Source of the DNA: an uncultured delta proteobacterium
GTDB lineage: Bacteria; Desulfobacterota; Desulfobacteria; Desulfobacterales; JAFDCJ01
Direction: 5' to 3'
DNA length: 64,000 bases
Assembly (NCBI GenBank): GCA_963769935.1
Contig: CAVYNY010000011.1
Coordinates: forward strand, 544,001-608,000
The notes below the pieces were generated by a model. It was not told where the DNA came from and did no database searches. It was given only the letters and a program-made list of their open reading frames with translations. Positions within the stretch are counted from its first letter, which is position 1, and every line of letters begins with the position of its first letter. Made by a program: the position numbers and the translations under genes. Shown here in pieces: positions 61,946-64,000 of this stretch.

Positions 61946-62731
61946 ATGGCCGATAAAAATCACAAAAACGGTTTACCGCCTTGTTTTGGAATAATCCCGG
62001 CCCGCTATGATTCACAAAGGTTTCCCGGTAAACCCCTGGCGGATATTCACGGCCGGCCCATGATCTGGCATGTATTTGAGCGGGCCCGCCGATGCCGGAC
62101 CCTTGCAGCGGTGGTTCTGGCCACCGACGACGCGCGCATTCAATCCGCGGCCCAAAAATTCGATATCCCGGTGGTCATGACCCGCAGCGATCATCCCAGC
62201 GGTACCGACCGCGTGCTGGAAGCGGCGCAAAAACTGAATCTAGCCGCGGATGCGGTTGTCGTCAACATTCAGGGCGACGAGCCCGCGCTGGACCCGGCCA
62301 TGCTGACGGAACTGATTCTGCCATTCCGTGAGCCGGAAATTCAGGTGGCAACCCTGGCACGCAAAATCAGTGCCGGGCAGGCCCGGAATCCGGATCTGGT
62401 TAAAGTGGTGTTTGCCGCAGAAGGCCGCGCACTTTACTTTTCGCGCTCACCGATTCCGTACCACCGGCAGTTGGAAAATAGTAGTCACTACGGGCATGTC
62501 GGGATTTACGCGTTTCGCATGCCGGCCCTGCAAAAATTCGTTGCTTTACCCCGGGGCCGCCTGGAAGTCACCGAAAAGCTCGAACAGCTGAGGTTGCTTG
62601 AAAACGGCATCCCCATCCATATTGTGGTGACCAAACATCAAAGCATCGGCGTGGACCGGCCGGAAGACATTGAAATCGCAAGCAGAATCATAATGGAGCA
62701 GGAGCGAAGTCAGGCGAGTCCACCGGCCTGA
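61946..62731 (+). CDS. kdsB: CMP-Kdo synthetase
   Basis: [28 protein letters not shown] and EKLEQLR motifs. Confidence 0.97.
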   Translation: MADKNHKNGLPPCFGIIPARYDSQRFPGKPLADIHGRPMIWHVFERARRCRTLAAVVLATDDARIQSAAQKFDIPVVMTRSDHPSGTDRVLEAAQKLNLAADAVVVNIQGDEPALDPAMLTELILPFREPEIQVATLARKISAGQARNPDLVKVVFAAEGRALYFSRSPIPYHRQLENSSHYGHVGIYAFRMPALQKFVALPRGRLEVTEKLEQLRLLENGIPIHIVVTKHQSIGVDRPEDIEIASRIIMEQERSQASPPA

Positions 62732-62926
62732 AATGAGCGGCACGGTTTTAATCCCGAATAATAAAGCTTAATCATGTTCACCGCATGATTTTTGTATCAG
62801 AGACTGATCCGATAACGACGAACAAGATTAAAAAGGATAGATGAAACAAATTTTCAATTCTGCGATCTCCGTGGTCTCTGCGGTTAATCTTCAGTCTCCA
62901 GGTTATCCGGGTAGGGAGCTGATCAC

Positions 62927-64000
62927 ATGAAGCAACATATCCATTCAAAGTTGGCACGGATCGTAAAAACTCTCGGCAGGCTAAGCCGGCCGGCCTGGGA
63001 GGCTCTGACCGGGATCTTGACCGCGGATGTCTATTTCGGCCGCAGCCCGGCCGGCCAACTTCCGGGATCCATCGTATTGTTCCCTTATCGCGAAAGCATG
63101 TTGTGCTGCGGGATCGCCGCCATGGTTTCCTATAAGATTAAAAAACCCAAAGCAGCTTCCCCGAAGATAGCGCGGCTGGATGAAATGGCCGCCGCAATTG
63201 AGCAGCAGGGCTGTGAAATCTGTAAAGAATCCGGATACAACGACATCGAAGATAAATATCTGGGCGGAGAAGCCCTTATCGATTCTTTGTGGCTGGCGGC
63301 CCAGAGCCTTAAATCCGAAAACCCGTTTTTTTCCCTTTATACCAATTCCGATGCACAGAAGCAGCTTGAAAAGCTCGGGCGGCAGCTGAACGCCGTAGCC
63401 GCAGCCGAACTGCGATTGCTGGCCGAGCTGATGGGTCGAATTCCGGCCCAAAAAGCGGAATTGATGTTTGCCCGCATTGAAAAGCTTAAAGATATCGCCT
63501 GGTGCCTCCTCAATGAAATTACAAACAACATTAACCAGATAAAGGAATTATGCCGGGGACTCCCGCAGCCGCCGCAACCCGGAACCATCAGCGTTTTTAA
63601 AAAGATCAATACCATCTTAAACAGCATTGATCGACTGGAAGTCAGAGGACGTGATTCGGCCGGCATTTCGTTGATATTCGTATTGAAGGCCGCCGAATTT
63701 GAAAATTTTGAAAATGCCTTGAAAAAGGCAAACATTTACAACCGCTTGGATGAGCGCTGCGTCCGGGACACCCTGGTCAACGGCGGGATCAGCATCCACC
63801 GCCCCAACCCGGACGCGGTTGACGGACATGCTGCTGTTTCGATGGTCTACAAAGTGGCCAACGAAGTCGGCAGCCTGGGTGACAATATATCATTTTTGCG
63901 CCGGCAGATTGCCGATGACCCGATCCTGCAAACCCTGGCCGCCCGCCCCAGCGAGTTTGATACCATATCGGCCCACACCCGCTGGGCTTCGGTGGGTGCC
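62927..64000 (+). CDS. Long GlmS-like class II glutamine amidotransferase (3'-truncated; absent from the ORF track)
   Basis: Hand translation gives ...SMLCCGIAA..., RLEVRGRDSAGI, YKVANEVGSLGDN and AHTRWASVG. Confidence 0.8.
   Translation, partial: MKQHIHSKLARIVKTLGRLSRPAWEALTGILTADVYFGRSPAGQLPGSIVLFPYRESMLCCGIAAMVSYKIKKPKAASPKIARLDEMAAAIEQQGCEICKESGYNDIEDKYLGGEALIDSLWLAAQSLKSENPFFSLYTNSDAQKQLEKLGRQLNAVAAAELRLLAELMGRIPAQKAELMFARIEKLKDIAWCLLNEITNNINQIKELCRGLPQPPQPGTISVFKKINTILNSIDRLEVRGRDSAGISLIFVLKAAEFENFENALKKANIYNRLDERCVRDTLVNGGISIHRPNPDAVDGHAAVSMVYKVANEVGSLGDNISFLRRQIADDPILQTLAARPSEFDTISAHTRWASVGA

Overview
A mostly housekeeping chromosomal segment from a sulfate-reducing-type deltaproteobacterium (Desulfobacterales; the 16S rRNA gene carries an exact DSS658 Desulfosarcina/Desulfococcus probe site). 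In order: an arginine cluster (OTC, carbamate kinase, an ArcE/cDPGS-family protein, a class III aminotransferase); a rhodanese/ferritin-like fusion with an in-frame TGA at the active site and a SECIS-like hairpin; a flavoprotein and a second aminotransferase; a complete minus-strand rRNA operon; tyrS, rny, 6S RNA and zapAB; a half-length glmU; the F1 and b/b' ATP synthase genes; bactofilin and mreBCD-mrdA-rodA; tRNA-Pro; two-component and c-di-GMP genes; a GT4/methyltransferase cluster; ftsK, rnj, plsC, tmk, surE, lptD, a NusG paralogue, IHF/HU, holB, ricT, metG, kdsB and the start of a long GlmS-like gene. About 19 intergenic spacers are filled with gene-less elements built from 7-9 nt periodic repeats. 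Many form inverted arms, recur as families and nest inside one another, and no transposase is present in the window. Several genes carry clustered single-base indels that are most likely sequencing or consensus errors. All protein calls come from motif recognition, not database searches, and RNA ends are approximate.
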